Of a DNA stretch of 64,000 nucleotides, positions 1-12,514 are shown piece after piece. The translations under genes and the position numbers were made by a program. The DNA lies in contig NC_043019.1 of NCBI RefSeq assembly GCF_006345805.1, positions 4,711,360 to 4,775,359 of the forward strand, given 5' to 3'. The DNA comes from Octopus sinensis. Its lineage: Eukaryota. How positions within the stretch are numbered: the stretch's first letter is position 1; each line of letters begins with the position of its first letter. The notes under the pieces were generated by a model. That model did no database searches. It saw only the letters and a program-made list of their open reading frames with translations, and had not been told where the DNA came from.

Positions 1-200
1 ATCTATCTGTCTGTCTGTCTATGTATGTATCTATCTATGTCTGTCTGTCTGTCTATCTATCCATCTATATCTATCTATCAATCTATCCATCTATCTATCT
101 ATCAATCTATCTATCAATCTATCTATCTATCAATCTATCAATCTACCTACCTATATCTATCTATCTATCTATCTATCTATCTCTATCTATCTATCTATCT
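1..200. repeat. (ATCT)n tetranucleotide microsatellite
   Basis: Direct reading; explains the YLSI-repeat ORFs at 21-276. Confidence 0.97.
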
Positions 201-599
201 ACATTATATTATATTAATGTTTGTTTTAAACTATAATAAAAACAGACTTACATTAAATCGAAGGATTACTCAGTAATACTTGGTAGACTACAAATTCATT
301 TTTCTTTAACAAAAATCGTTTTTGGACAGTAGTAACTTCGAAGTATCGGCCAGCTACGCCCTCAATGGAGTGAAGATGACTCCGATGGCCAAAATTTCGA
401 AATCCCAGTTAATACTATTCTTGTTTAAGAACACACACACACACACACACAATAAGGCATTTCCTCCATGCATACCTAAGATGTATACGAAATGAATAAA
501 ATATCCTGTTAAAACAAATCTTTCATTGTTATGAAAGACAACTGGAAACAAGGTGCATAAATGAAATGTAGACCCTACTTCGGTTATGTGGCTTTAAGT

Positions 600-670
600 T
601 TTTTAATTGCGTGTTCTGGCCTATGTACCAGGAGTCGCCTTTGTTATATATACATACACAATTATATATA

Positions 671-714
<44 letters not shown>

Positions 715-761
715 ATAACAAAGGCGACTCCTGGTACATAGGCCAGAACACGCAATTAAAA

Positions 762-762
<1 letters not shown>
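600..762. repeat. 49-bp perfect inverted repeat enclosing a (TA)n(TG)n loop
   Basis: 600-648 TTTTTAATTGCGTGTTCTGGCCTATGTACCAGGAGTCGCCTTTGTTATA is the reverse complement of 714-762. Confidence 0.92.
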
Positions 763-794
<32 letters not shown>

Positions 795-798
<4 letters not shown>

Positions 799-1010
799 TA
801 ATGCAAACAAGAAAGCACAAAAAAAACACAACGTGAGGACATGGAACAAATAAAGTATTATTGGACGCTCAGGAAAGGAGGAAAGAAGGAGGGTTTAACG
901 TTTCGAGCGGAGCTCTTCGTCGGAAACATAGGAGAAGGGAAGACAGAGGGAAAAAAAGTCGCCAACGGTACACACGAGGTCACATTTTGAAAAAATATAT
1001 ATGCATAATT
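795..1010 (-). mobile_element. ~215-bp non-autonomous repeat carrying a hammerhead-like motif (probably Penelope-related), copy 1
   Basis: Homologous to 41317-41530 and, inverted, to 53125-53245; all copies abut (TA)n tracts. Confidence 0.75.
893..927 (-). ncRNA. Minimal type I hammerhead-like motif, U4C core variant
   Basis: Minus strand GTTT CCGACGA A GAGC-TCC-GCTC GAAAC GTT AAAC: stem I GTTT/AAAC, stem II GAGC/GCTC, palindromic ACGT stem III, putative GUU cleavage triplet. Confidence 0.6.
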
Positions 1011-1326
1011 CTTTCTTTGTTTACATTTACAACACAATATATATATATATATATATCCAGTAATTTTTTCACTAGTTTCATCGTGTCTCTTTGTTTTCTC
1101 TCCGTGTTGATGTATGAAACAATTTAGGTGGTTTTAGAGTCAGATCATGGCTGCTATTTTCAGCATGGTGGTATCTCGTAGATACCCTAATTTATAATTT
1201 TAATAATTATTACCTTTGAAGGTTATTTTTTTTTCCATGCTGACCACTTGATAAAATCGTTATTTTATTTTTAAATTAACGATCTTATCCTTAAATTTAT
1301 ATATATATATATAGATATATATATAT

Positions 1327-1377
<51 letters not shown>

Positions 1378-2601
1378 ATGAGGCGGAACACTCCAATCTG
1401 CATTGTATGTATAATCAAAATACTGCGATCAACTGATCTCATTAGAGTTACCGCCCTTCCTAGTTCTCATATTTTAAATACCACCCTCAAGTAGAGTGCT
1501 TGTTTTCAAATTACGTGGATAATCTCAGCTGACCCTTTCATATTTATATGATAGAAAACCAAAGCAGATTCTCACGGCTGAGTAAAAAAAGTATTACATC
1601 CATAACTATCAGGGACTGCATTAAGGAATTTGGAATTCGAAGTAATTTTTCTTTTAAATGCTGTTTAATTCGAGTGGTATTAGGCTGCTTTTTTTGGCAA
1701 GTCGAGCAATCCCATAACTCTTTCGTTGGTTCGCCCTTAACTGTTAATTGCTGTTTTGCCCCATTAACTATCTTTGAGCAGACCCTATGATCAAAGCTTT
1801 TCAACCACGAACAGTTCGTCTTTACTTCAGAAAACAGTTACGTATAAAATCACTGATGCATTAACAGTATTTAATTTCAATGCTGTGCTATACTTCAGAA
1901 TATATATACATATCTTCATACTCAATGTGATAGACAGTTTTAACACTATGTCTATATATATATAGTTCGATTTGAAAACCCCACTAGAATGGGAGAAAGC
2001 GCTAATACATGATCTAAGTTATATGATGTATAAAAACATGTAATATACAAATAAATATCTGTAAATATAAAACCATCCGAATTTCTGAGTACCTCATTTC
2101 TTCTAATATATATATATAATTCAAAGGAATTCCAACTCTGTTTTTTAACGTTTTATTTATATTCTTTATAATATTAATGTAGAATATAGAATATACAGTA
2201 TAAAAAGTATATATTCAACACTATAAATAGCATATATTGAAACACTCCTGTCACAACCTGGGACCTTTGAAGACTGCTTTAATTCAAGAAAGTATACCAG
2301 TCCCTTAATATTTGATATTCAATATTTCATCTATTCAATAAGACAATCAATACTTCATTTCATTTTACTACTATATATACTTTTTTATACTATTTATACT
2401 ATATATTCTACATTAATATTGTAAAGAATATAAATAAAAACAAAAAAACAGTTGAAATACCTTTGAATAACATATATCCCTCTATACACAATAACATAAA
2501 CCCCTTTACATATATATATATGGGGTGGCGAATATTCATTATAAATATCACCACCAGTGGCCTAGCATGTATAAATAGTCAATAGACAACATATTCATAT
2601 T

Positions 2602-2774
2602 TTAAAATAGAAAATTACCCTTTAACAGGTAATTTTTACATGCTAGAAATAGCAGCCAACACGGCCAAAACCACAATTTAATTACTTCGAAATTTGCTAT
2701 TAAATTGTGGTTTTGGGCCGTGTTGGCTGCTATTTCTAGCATGTAAAAATTACCTGTTAAAGGGTAATTTTCTA

Positions 2775-2780
<6 letters not shown>
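2602..2780. repeat. ~81-bp near-perfect inverted repeat with 16-nt loop (GAAATAGCAGCC family)
   Basis: 2602-2682 versus 2699-2780, one 1-bp indel. Confidence 0.92.
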
Positions 2781-2810
<30 letters not shown>

Positions 2811-2967
2811 ATCTTCGTGGATAGAAAGATAAGATTCAGTTGGACTTGTTTCAATCCTGTGAATGGATTTTTAACTTCTGAGTACCATCATTAATTGTCC
2901 ATAGATACACTACTTAGAAGCCCTACTTTTTCTCATATACAAGACCAATCAGTATATATATACATAC

Positions 2968-3003
<36 letters not shown>

Positions 3004-3945
3004 CGCATTCTTGGTAACAGCTTCGATTAATGGAATTATAGATGTAACCAGTGTGTTGAGTCAATGTTTATTATGTAACAGAGAGCAAATAGCCTGGAGG
3101 TGTGCTTTAAGACTGCATTTACCAAAGATTTCATTTAATTTCTTTTATGATGTCAGGTACGTTATAAAGGGGAATTGACAGCTATTTCTATGAGGTTCAG
3201 GGGCTGGCATAAAGGCTTCTAACCGTGATTGGTTGCCAGGAATGTTTGACATCGCGCGCGCGTAAGTTGTTTAACCCCAGGTCAGGCCTGATCGAGCAAC
3301 GTTATAATCAAAGGTGTCTTTTTATGGGTTATCAACGAATACATTATCCAGTCGTTTTTTTTTTTTTTTAGGTTATCAACAAATGTGCATTATCAAATGT
3401 ATTTTTCAATTAAATAGGGTACGAACTGAGAAAGATTCGGTTGCAATTTCTAGCAGGTCGAATGATTACGTGGAGGTTCGCCCGATAACTCGTATGAATG
3501 GGGAATGATGGTGAACTCTTGATGTCTTAGATATCTTAAGTTAAAAAAAGAAAAAAAAAGCACAAACTATTTCAAGAATGAGATTGATGTATACACAACA
3601 AACCCGTTTATAAGTAGAGGTGTGTATATTTCAATTAAACAACGAACCGGTTAGTTAACTGTGGTAATACATACATATATACACACGTATACACACACAC
3701 AAGCGTGTGTGTATAATTTATACCTGTGCAAATATGTATATTCATGTATATATATATGTGTGTGTGTGTGTGTATGCATATATATATGTATGTATAATAT
3801 ATGTATATAGTCTTCGATCATAATGCTAGCAATATACATACATACATATATGTATGAATATATATATATGTGTGTATATATATATAGTCTTCGATCATAA
3901 TGCTAGCAATATACATACATACATATATGTATGAATATATATACA

Positions 3946-3977
<32 letters not shown>

Positions 3978-5117
3978 CCAGTTGGTAATTCATAGAGTGT
4001 AAAATATAAAGACGATCCAACGTCGGAGTCTGCGAATGGTTTCTGACAAGGTGTCGCAAGATTTTTAAATTATAGCCAAACAATTAAAAAGATGTCAAAG
4101 ACCGTATTCCATCAACGGAAGATCTCGGAGAGGGTGAGAAACTACACTTAGGGGCACTTGCTTCTGGGGCTGGGTTGTATTTTTTGTTTTACGTACCTTA
4201 ATTATAGAGAAAGACAGGGTCATAAGGTGAGAAATACGTAGGAAAATCGGTAAATCATTGTTCTATGTGGTGACTTAACTTGCTAGAAGCAATAACCTAC
4301 CTCCCTCAAAACACCAATATTTTATTTTTTATCTTTATTTTATTTTATCTAGTTTCAGCTCACGAGCTGTGGCCATGCTGGGGCCGTTATCAAATATATG
4401 AAAAAATAAAAACGGAATAATATTAGAGTAGAATTCATATATACCATATTCTTAGAAATAAAAGACGATACATTGAAAGAAGATAACGTAGATTGTGATA
4501 CGTAAGGCGAAACAGAGAAGGACGTGATGGTCATGAGTGGATCGTCTTCGATCATAATACACATATATATATGTGTGTGTGTGTGTGTGTGTAAAGCAGA
4601 AATACGGTAGAGATAGATGAGAAAGAAATACTTACTTATTTTTGTTAACAAAGCAGGCGAAGTCGCGTCACGGATAGGATCATCCCAGGGATTTGGTGGC
4701 TGCTAATTCGTGGTAGGTGAGAGCAGTTGGATTAAGATCAGATTTGCGGAAAGGGATAACTGATAATAAGGCTGTGGGCAATTAGTGACATTTTAGTACA
4801 ACGATGGGGGTTACAGATAACTTGTTTGTTGGTTACAATACACACGCGCACATTTATATATATATATATATCAATAATATAGGGTGAAATTAATTAATTT
4901 AGAAATAATCATTAATTTCACCAAGTAGAGTTCGGCATGTAAAAGACCCATCCAAGGAAGATTTAAGTAATACTAATTAATTAAGGGTTCAGCAACGATT
5001 GCTTCACCACATACCGAATTTAGAAATAGCAGTCAAAAAGTTTTGGCTATTCTTTCTACTTAAAAGGGCGATCCCTTTATATATACACACACAAACCTAA
5101 ATATACATACATATATG

Positions 5118-5151
<34 letters not shown>

Positions 5152-5263
5152 ATATATATATCAGAGATAGTCTATTGATTAATTTTTTTCCTTCCCGCTA
5201 GACCACTGGTAACTAAGAATTTTTTCGATAAATATTCTTGTTACCCTATGATTTTAATTAATG

Positions 5264-5302
<39 letters not shown>

Positions 5303-5331
5303 CAAGGTGCGCGCTCGTCTGTAGTATGTAC

Positions 5332-5373
<42 letters not shown>

Positions 5374-6117
5374 ATATGACAAGGTGCGCGCGCGTATGTA
5401 GTATGTACGTGTGTGTATATGTATATATATGTATGTATGTATATATATATATGTATGTATATATATATAATTATAGAGTTGTCAGAGTGATGGTTCTGCA
5501 AAACAATTTGGTTTGTTGGCGATGCTCAATCAATAAATATATATGATCCATACGAGTGTATATAAGTTGTATCCGTCTGGGTGTGTTGGAGAGTGACATA
5601 TATATATATATGTGTATATTTATCTATATAGTAGTAAGCGACTGAGAATTATGAATGACGACTAGCTTACATTGTTACGGACCAAGTGTAGACCAACTTG
5701 GCTTCGTTCTTCCTCAGCATTCATTGAACACACACACGCGCACACCACACGTACACACAGATACTTCGTAGAAGGCATATATCCACATATACACACCTGT
5801 GTATCTGAGTATACATATATACACCCGCAAAAAGCACGATGAAATCTCGACCGAAATCTCGTCTGTGTTCAACGTGATTTGCCGAAGCCTAATTAAAAGA
5901 GGTGAGGAAGTCTTAACCAAAGCGTTTAATTGTGGAAACCCTGGAAAAATGTCAAGTGCGTTGGACCCGACCCGCTAAATTTAGCGCCCAAATTCTCCCT
6001 CGAAGCTAAATTTAGCTCTCAGTTCTCCCTCATATTACATCCGGCAATCTTCCGTCTTGTAGAAGAAAGCGCGTACCTCCACATATGTGCCCCCCACCAC
6101 CAACGACTTTGTGCAGC

Positions 6118-6239
6118 GAGGGGAAATGTAGCTGCTATTTCTAGCAGGTCGAAAGCCTGCACAGGTTCCCTTAATTTCTCAGTGGCGCAGGCTTTGACCA
6201 AGAATCGAAACCCGGTTGTGGCGTCGACTTGTATCTAAG
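6118..6239 (+). repeat. ~120-bp structured repeat, copy 1 of 3
   Basis: GAGGGAAATGTAGCTGCTATTTCTAGCAGGTCGAAAGCC...GTCGACTTGTATCTAAG; recurs at 7415-7535 and 7607-7727. Confidence 0.85.
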
Positions 6240-6419
6240 AAAATGGATATTTTTTTCACGAAATTCTCTACAAATACGTTTCAGATGGTGCAGACTCCGA
6301 TACTACTCAAGGAGAGTGGTCCCGGTGCGCGCAGTCGCGCATCCGCGCTAGCTAGCCGTGGCTAGCCGATCCTTACTTTGGGTGTTTTGTTTTATTTACT
6401 TTGTTTAACAAAAATTATT

Positions 6420-6648
6420 GGATCTTTTCGGTTTGAAAGGCAGTTTTTTAAAAATAATTTTCACATAACTAAACACTTTTAAACTTCGTATACTGGTAGA
6501 ATGTGTTTATAAAACATCTTTTTCTCTTGGCTTTATTGAGAAAATTCTATAGTTTGTAAGATATTTGTTGTTGTTTTTTTTCTTCAATTTCTGCAATTTC
6601 AACCAATCAATGACGTCTATTGAGGTAAAAAAAAAAACACTCTGTGCC
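6420..6648 (+). mobile_element. Truncated GGATC-ended (Merlin-like) MITE
   Basis: Left TIR GGATCTTTTCGGTTTG and body match 22333-22798; ends where SINE A begins. Confidence 0.85.
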
Positions 6649-6649
6649 G

Positions 6650-6971
6650 CGCAGGAGTGGCTGTGTGGTAAGTAGCTTGCTAACCAACCACATGGTTTGG
6701 GGTTCAGTCCCACTGCGTGGCATCTTGGGCAAGTGTCTTCTGCTATAGCCCCGGGCCGACCAATGCCTTGTGAGTGGATTTGGTAGACGGAAACTGAAAG
6801 AAGCCTGTCGTATATATGTATATATATATATGTGTGTGTATGTGTTTGTCCCCCTAGCATTGCTTAACAACCGATGCTGGTGTGTTTACGTCCCCGTAAC
6901 TTAGCGGTTTGGCAAAAGAGATCGATAGAATAAGTACTGGGCTTACAAAGAATAAGTCCCGGGGTCGATTT
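6650..6971 (+). mobile_element. SINE family A (tRNA-derived head, internal (TA)n(TG)n)
   Basis: Head GCAGGAGTGGCTGTGTGGTAAG, B-box-like GGTTCAGTCCC, CCTTGGGCAAGT core-like motif; about 20 copies in the window. Confidence 0.9.
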
Positions 6972-7089
6972 ACCTGATATATTTTCAAGGGCTGTCAAAT
7001 CTCTGGTCAACCCTTATTGAGCAGACCTGTAATAAAAGGCTGTCCAATTATGACCATTCTATTGTTTTAGGGGTATATAACCTAACATT

Positions 7090-7375
7090 GGTTAGGGCAG
7101 CGGACTCGAGGTCGGAGAATCGCGGTTTCGATTCCCAGTCCGGGCGTTGTGTGTGTTTATTGAGTGAAAACACCTAAAACCTTCACGAGGCTCCGGCAGG
7201 GGGTGGCAATCCCTGCTGTACTCTTTCACCACTCTTTCTCTCACTCTTTCTTCTGTTGGCCTGCTCGTTTAGCCAGCGGGGTGGCGTCATTCGAAGGCTA
7301 AAACAATGCGAACGCATTGTGACCAGCGATGTGTAGCAACATCTGATGGTCTGGTCGGTCACGGTGATCACGGTG
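7090..7375 (+). mobile_element. SINE family C (tRNA-derived) with tail type 1
   Basis: GGTTAGGGCAGCGGACTC...GGTTTCGATTCCC head; the tail CTGCTCGTTTAGCCAGCGG also occurs alone at about 50810-50890. Confidence 0.85.
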
Positions 7376-7414
7376 ATAACCTAACATACATTATCCAAAA
7401 CGGTAGTCTGTGTT

Positions 7415-7535
7415 GAGGGAAATGTAGCTGTTATTTCTAGCAGATCAAAAGCCCGCATAGGCTTCCTTTATTTTTTATTGGCGCAAGCTTTGACCGGGAA
7501 TCGAAACTTGGTGGCAGCGTCGACTTGCATCTAAG
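7415..7535 (+). repeat. ~120-bp structured repeat, copy 2
   Basis: Homology to 6118-6239. Confidence 0.8.
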
Positions 7536-7606
7536 TTTTAGCCTTCCATTATAATTTCATTCATACCTAGAATGCTTTGCAGGAATATTAAATCGACACC
7601 AGCATC

Positions 7607-7727
7607 GAGGGAAATGCAGCTGCTATTTCTAGCAGGTCGAAAGCCTGCACAGGCTTCCTTAATTTCTCATTGGTGCAAGCTTTGACCAAGAATCGAAACC
7701 CGGTTGTGGCGTCGACTTGTATCTTAG
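7607..7727 (+). repeat. ~120-bp structured repeat, copy 3
   Basis: Homology to 6118-6239. Confidence 0.85.
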
Positions 7728-7770
7728 TCATAACCTTCCGTTATAGAGAGGGTGTGGTATGAAGTACTAA

Positions 7771-7879
7771 TGCGTGGCACCTTGGGCAAGTGTCTTCTAT
7801 GATACTGCATCCTCGGGCCGACCAAAGCCTTGTGGGTGGATTTGGTTGACGGAAACTGAAAGAAGCAAATAGTATGTAT

Positions 7880-7947
<68 letters not shown>

Positions 7948-8075
7948 TAGCGGTTCGGCAAAAGAAAGTGATAGAATAAGTACTAGGCTTACAAAGAATA
8001 AGTCCTGGGATCGATTTGTTCGACTAAAGGCGGTGCTCCAGCATGGCCTCATTCAAATGACTGAAACAAGTAAAT
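7771..8075 (+). mobile_element. SINE family A, 5'-truncated
   Basis: Matches family A body, microsatellite and tail. Confidence 0.85.
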
Positions 8076-8474
8076 GAAAAAAAAATTCCTAATAATATTT
8101 AATTAAAAAATACAACCGAAATTTTTTTTAATATCCATTGAATGGCTATGGACGTCCAGTAGAGTAAGGCAGGAATCAGAAGGGTCCACATCCAGTAAGG
8201 TAGGAAGGGTCCACAGGCCAGAAATGGCTGAGAACCACTGGTCTATGTCCTTGCCCAAGCTGCTAGGAATAATGGTCAAATTTTCTCAAATCACTACCCT
8301 CTTGTAAAAAGACACATTGGATAATGTGGTCCTGGTTCCCTGTACGAGAAGAAAAACGGGATTGTTGTGGCTGAAATACCTTTTGGCCATAGGTCTTAAA
8401 CAGCAACAATAGCAACAACATGTAGTGGATCTTGTAAGCATGAAGTGGATTCGATCCACCATAGCCAAATTTAA

Positions 8475-9075
8475 ATTAACTCTGCAACAGAACTTTTTCC
8501 CACGGTGGAACAATGGTTTTTCTCTGACAGCAGTTTTACATTTTCCAGATCCCTTTAGCTAGGCCGAAATAATGTCTTCACCACTTGACCCTTTCAAACC
8601 TCTTCTACTTCACCAAAAGCTGGAATAGAGATAACAAGATCACCAACTAAATCTATTGTTCTCAATGATATGCTTATCCTTCTGGATAGTTATAAAAGCA
8701 CGAACACCCCAAGTAAAAGTCAGTCAGTGATGACTCAACGAGTCCAGTCACATGGTGACGACTCAACCGGTTAGTCACTTCAGTGACAACGAAGTCTGGC
8801 TGACCAGCTAGAACCGTGGTCAGAGAAAGAAATGAAGTTTACTGTCAGCAACTGTGAGACAACACCCTACAACTCTCACTAGCTCTAATTCTGTTCTCTT
8901 ACAACATCATTCTATCTCTCTCTGTAATTACTACTAAACAATGAAGAGGACACAAACACAAACTTTACTTCGCATGCTTTTGGATTTATCATAAGCTGCT
9001 CGTCGAGGCAAGGTATTGTAACGTAACGGTAAATAAATATTTCCTTAAAAACTTCATGCATTGTCCATCTTTCAC
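8475..9075. mobile_element. Unclassified interspersed repeat shared with 17260-17490 and 19030-19420
   Basis: Shared blocks such as TTTAGCTAGGCCGAAATAATG-CTTCACCACTTGACCC and GTCTGGCTGACC. Confidence 0.65.
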
Positions 9076-9599
9076 ATCCTACAGTATGCAATTATGACAA
9101 CAAATGTTTATCGTTACAACTGACTCCAATATTTCATATTATTGTGTACCTAATCAACCTTACCCGTTCCAATTAGTAACTACACTAATTAAAACTTAAT
9201 CGTTACAAACAACATCTGGTAGGATCAAAAGCAAAGTTCATCATTATCTTCAGTTATAAATTCTATTTACATCTAGCAGTGGTGTAGGCTGAGCGTGTGC
9301 CGCCCGGAGACTTACTTATACAGCTGATCCAAAAGTGACACCTCCACTGAAAGCGTCACCCAAGGTGGACCTCTCCAATGCTCCCTCAAAGCTAGCATTT
9401 CGGAGGAGGGGCTAAGTCGATTACATTGACCCCAGTGTTCGACTGGTAATTATTTTATCGATCCCGAAAAGATGGAAGGCAAAGTCTACCCCGGTAGAAT
9501 TTTTGAACACGAAATGCCTCAGAGCAGTTTGCCCGGCGTGCTAACGAGTCTGCTAGCACTACGCCTCTGAAGGAATCTGACTTTCATATTTTGGCTCAA

Positions 9600-9930
9600 G
9601 ACCAGCAATTTAGGGAGAGGGGCTAAGTCAATAACATCAATTCCAGTGATCAAATGGTACTTATTTTATCGATCCCGAAAGAATGAAAGGCAAAGTCGAC
9701 CTCAGCGGAATTTGATCAGAGAACGTGAAGGGGAACGAAATGCCGCTCAGCATTTTCCCCTGCTTCTTTATTGCCCACAAGGGGACAAACAAGGACAGAC
9801 AAAGGGATTAAGTCGATTACATCGACCCCAGTGCGTAACTGGTACTTATTTAATCGACCTCGAAAGGATGAAAGGCTAAGTCGACCTTGGCGGAATTTGA
9901 ACTCAGAACGTAGAGGCAGACGAAATACGC
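9600..9930 (-). mobile_element. SINE family B dimer (diverged copy upstream at about 9390-9560)
   Basis: Reverse of GTTCTGAGTTCAAATTCCGCC-AGGTCGACTTTGCCTTTCATCCTTTCG. Confidence 0.85.
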
Positions 9931-10255
9931 TACTATAGCCTCGGACCGACCAAAGCCTTGTGAGTAGATGGAAACTGAAAGGAGCCCGTCGTATATATAT
10001 ATATATATATATGTGTGCGTGTCTGTGTGTGTGTGGGGGTGTGTGCGGGCGCGGGCGTGTTTTCCCACTCCCGCCACTGCTTCACAACCGATATTGGTGT
10101 AGTTACGTCCCCGTAACGCAGCGGTTCGGTAAAAGAAAACCGATAGAATAAGTACCATCCTTAAAACAAATTAGTACTGGGTCGATTCATTCGATTAAAA
10201 AATTCTTCAAGGCAGCGCTTCGGCGTAATCGCAAGTCTAATGAATGAAACAAGCG
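9931..10255 (+). mobile_element. SINE family A, partial and diverged
   Basis: Body, microsatellite and tail. Confidence 0.75.
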
Positions 10256-10628
10256 CGAGATGAGAGACTATTCCAGTTATTTCGTCAAAGATGGGAGACA
10301 ATTCCGGGCATGATTTTATATTATTAAACCTCCACAGCAAAATGTAGACTTCATGATACTTGCTGTACTGATAGGAGAATCGCTAAGTACATTGGCTTGG
10401 TGTAAAAAAAATTAGAATTGTTATCAGTATAAGTTATTCTGATGCTCCTGTGTTTACAAAACAGAAAAAGACATTATAATGGGAGTGTTGTTTTCTTTGA
10501 AATCATTCCATGGTAGGTACAAAGATAACGAATACAGAATAAAAAAATAAAAGGGGGGCGAGTGGGGGAGGAAATGAAGCTCTTATCAGGTACGAGTGAT
10601 GTCGGCAATTCACTTTCAGTCCCTAGTG

Positions 10629-10829
10629 CAGTGCTTTTCAAACTTTTTGCTGGAGCGGAACCCCAAGGAAACATTCCACTGGCTCGAGGAACCCCTGTGC
10701 AATAATTTAATAGTCTTATGCACACATATCTGCACAGGAGACTTTAAAATTACTGCCGATTTTAGCAGTTTTGTAACTTCTTGCGGAACCCCTGCACTGT
10801 ACTGGCGGAACCCTGGTTGAAAACCACTG
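10629..10829. mobile_element. hAT-type MITE, 201 bp
   Basis: TIRs CAGTGCTTTTCAA / TTGAAAACCACTG; 8-bp TSD CCCTAGTG at 10621-10628 and 10830-10837. Confidence 0.9.
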
Positions 10830-11031
10830 CCCTAGTGAAACCGAATTAACTACGTTTTTGTACGACTAAGTCACAGAATGAAAGGCAACCATCCTCGATC
10901 CTTTTAAAGGGGCCCGAGATAAGTGTAAAGCAGGAGGTTATTACCTGAGACATGAGACCGGGTTCAAATGTATGCAACACAGTGGGTTCCTCAAAATCAG
11001 TGGTTCTCGAACATTTTTTTTTTTACCTATA

Positions 11032-11384
11032 GGTGCAGGAGTAGCTGTGTGGTAAGTAGCTTGCGGGTCCAGTCCCACTGCGTGGCACCTTGGTCAAGTG
11101 TCTTCTACTATAGCTTCGGGCCTACCAAAGCCTTGTGAGTGGATTTGGTAGACGGAAACTGAAAGAAGCCTGTCGTATATATACTCTTTTACTTGTTTCA
11201 GTCATTTGACTGTGGCCATGCTGGAGCACCGCCTTTAGTCGAGCAAATTGATCCCAGGATTTATTCTTTGTAAGCCTAGTACTTATTCTATTGGTCTCTT
11301 TTGTCAAACTGCTAAGTTACGGGGATGTAAACACACCAGCATCGGTTGTCAAGCGATGTTTGGGGGACAAACACAGACAAACAT

Positions 11385-11419
<35 letters not shown>

Positions 11420-11607
11420 CGACAGGCTTCTTTCAGTTTCCATCTACCAAATCCACTCAAAAGGCTTTGGTCGGCCCGAGGCTATAGTAGAAGACACTTG
11501 CCCAAGGTGCCATGCAGTGGGACTGAACCCGGAACCATGTGGTTGGTAAGCAAGCTACTTACCACACAGCCACTCCTATGCCTATATATATATATATTAT
11601 ATATATA

Positions 11608-11669
<62 letters not shown>

Positions 11670-11880
11670 TATATGTTTGTGCTTGTTCCCCCAACATCGC
11701 TTGACAACCGATATTGGTGTGTTGACGTCCCCGTAACTTAGCGGTTCGACAAAAGAGACCAATAGAATAAGTACTAGTCTCACAATGAATAAATCCTGGG
11801 GTCGACTTGTTCGACTAAAGGCGGTGCTCCAGCATGGCCGCAATCAAATGACTGAAACAGGTAAAAGAATAAAAGAGTAC
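11032..11880. mobile_element. Nested SINE A: plus-strand copy split by a complete minus-strand copy (about 11184-11583)
   Basis: Head and body at 11032-11180 and tail at 11686-11878 on plus; inverted copy inserted in the internal microsatellite. Confidence 0.85.
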
Positions 11881-12133
11881 AAGGTATGGACCCCTTTGAT
11901 TCCCGTTTTATTCAGGTAGACCCTGACAGCTGTTCAATGTTTACAAAATCCCCTTAAATTTTTATTAATTAGGAATTGTATCTTTTATCTTTTATCTTCT
12001 ACCTGTTTCAGTCATTAAATTGCGGCCATGCTAGGGCAACGCCATGAAAGATTTTTAGGCAAACGAATCCATCTTAGTATTTATTTTTTAAAACTGCATC
12101 GATACCGGTTGTCAAGCAGCAGTGGGACACACA

Positions 12134-12203
<70 letters not shown>

Positions 12204-12409
12204 CACAAATATATGTGGGCGTAGCTGCGTGGTAAGAACCTTGCTAACCAACCGCATAGTTCCGGGTTCAGTCCCACTGCGTGTAATCTTGGGCAAGAGT
12301 CTTCAATTATGGCATCAGGCTGACCAAGGCTTTGAGAGTGGATTTGGTAGAGGGAAACCCTCTCTTTCTCTCTTTCTTCCCCGACTCTCTCTCTCTCTCT
12401 CTCTCTTCA

Positions 12410-12476
<67 letters not shown>

Positions 12477-12478
12477 CC

Positions 12479-12514
12479 CTTTCTGTAGAAGAGCGTAGGT
12501 TCGAAACGTAAAAG
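12479..12514 (+). ncRNA. Minimal hammerhead-like motif, A6U core variant, at the 5' end of a ~130-bp repeat
   Basis: CTTT CTGTAGA A GAGC-GTAG-GTTC GAAAC GTA AAAG; stem I CTTT/AAAG, putative GUA triplet. Confidence 0.45.

Noticed and set aside
529-849. YIGQ motif in ORF 529-849 suggesting GIY-YIG
   Set aside because: There is no upstream GIY/VY-C segment or downstream R..EH motif, and the ORF is mostly microsatellite.
5830-5875. CGATGA...GACCGAAATCTCGTC hammerhead-like string
   Set aside because: The core is incomplete and stem II does not pair; at best a decayed copy.
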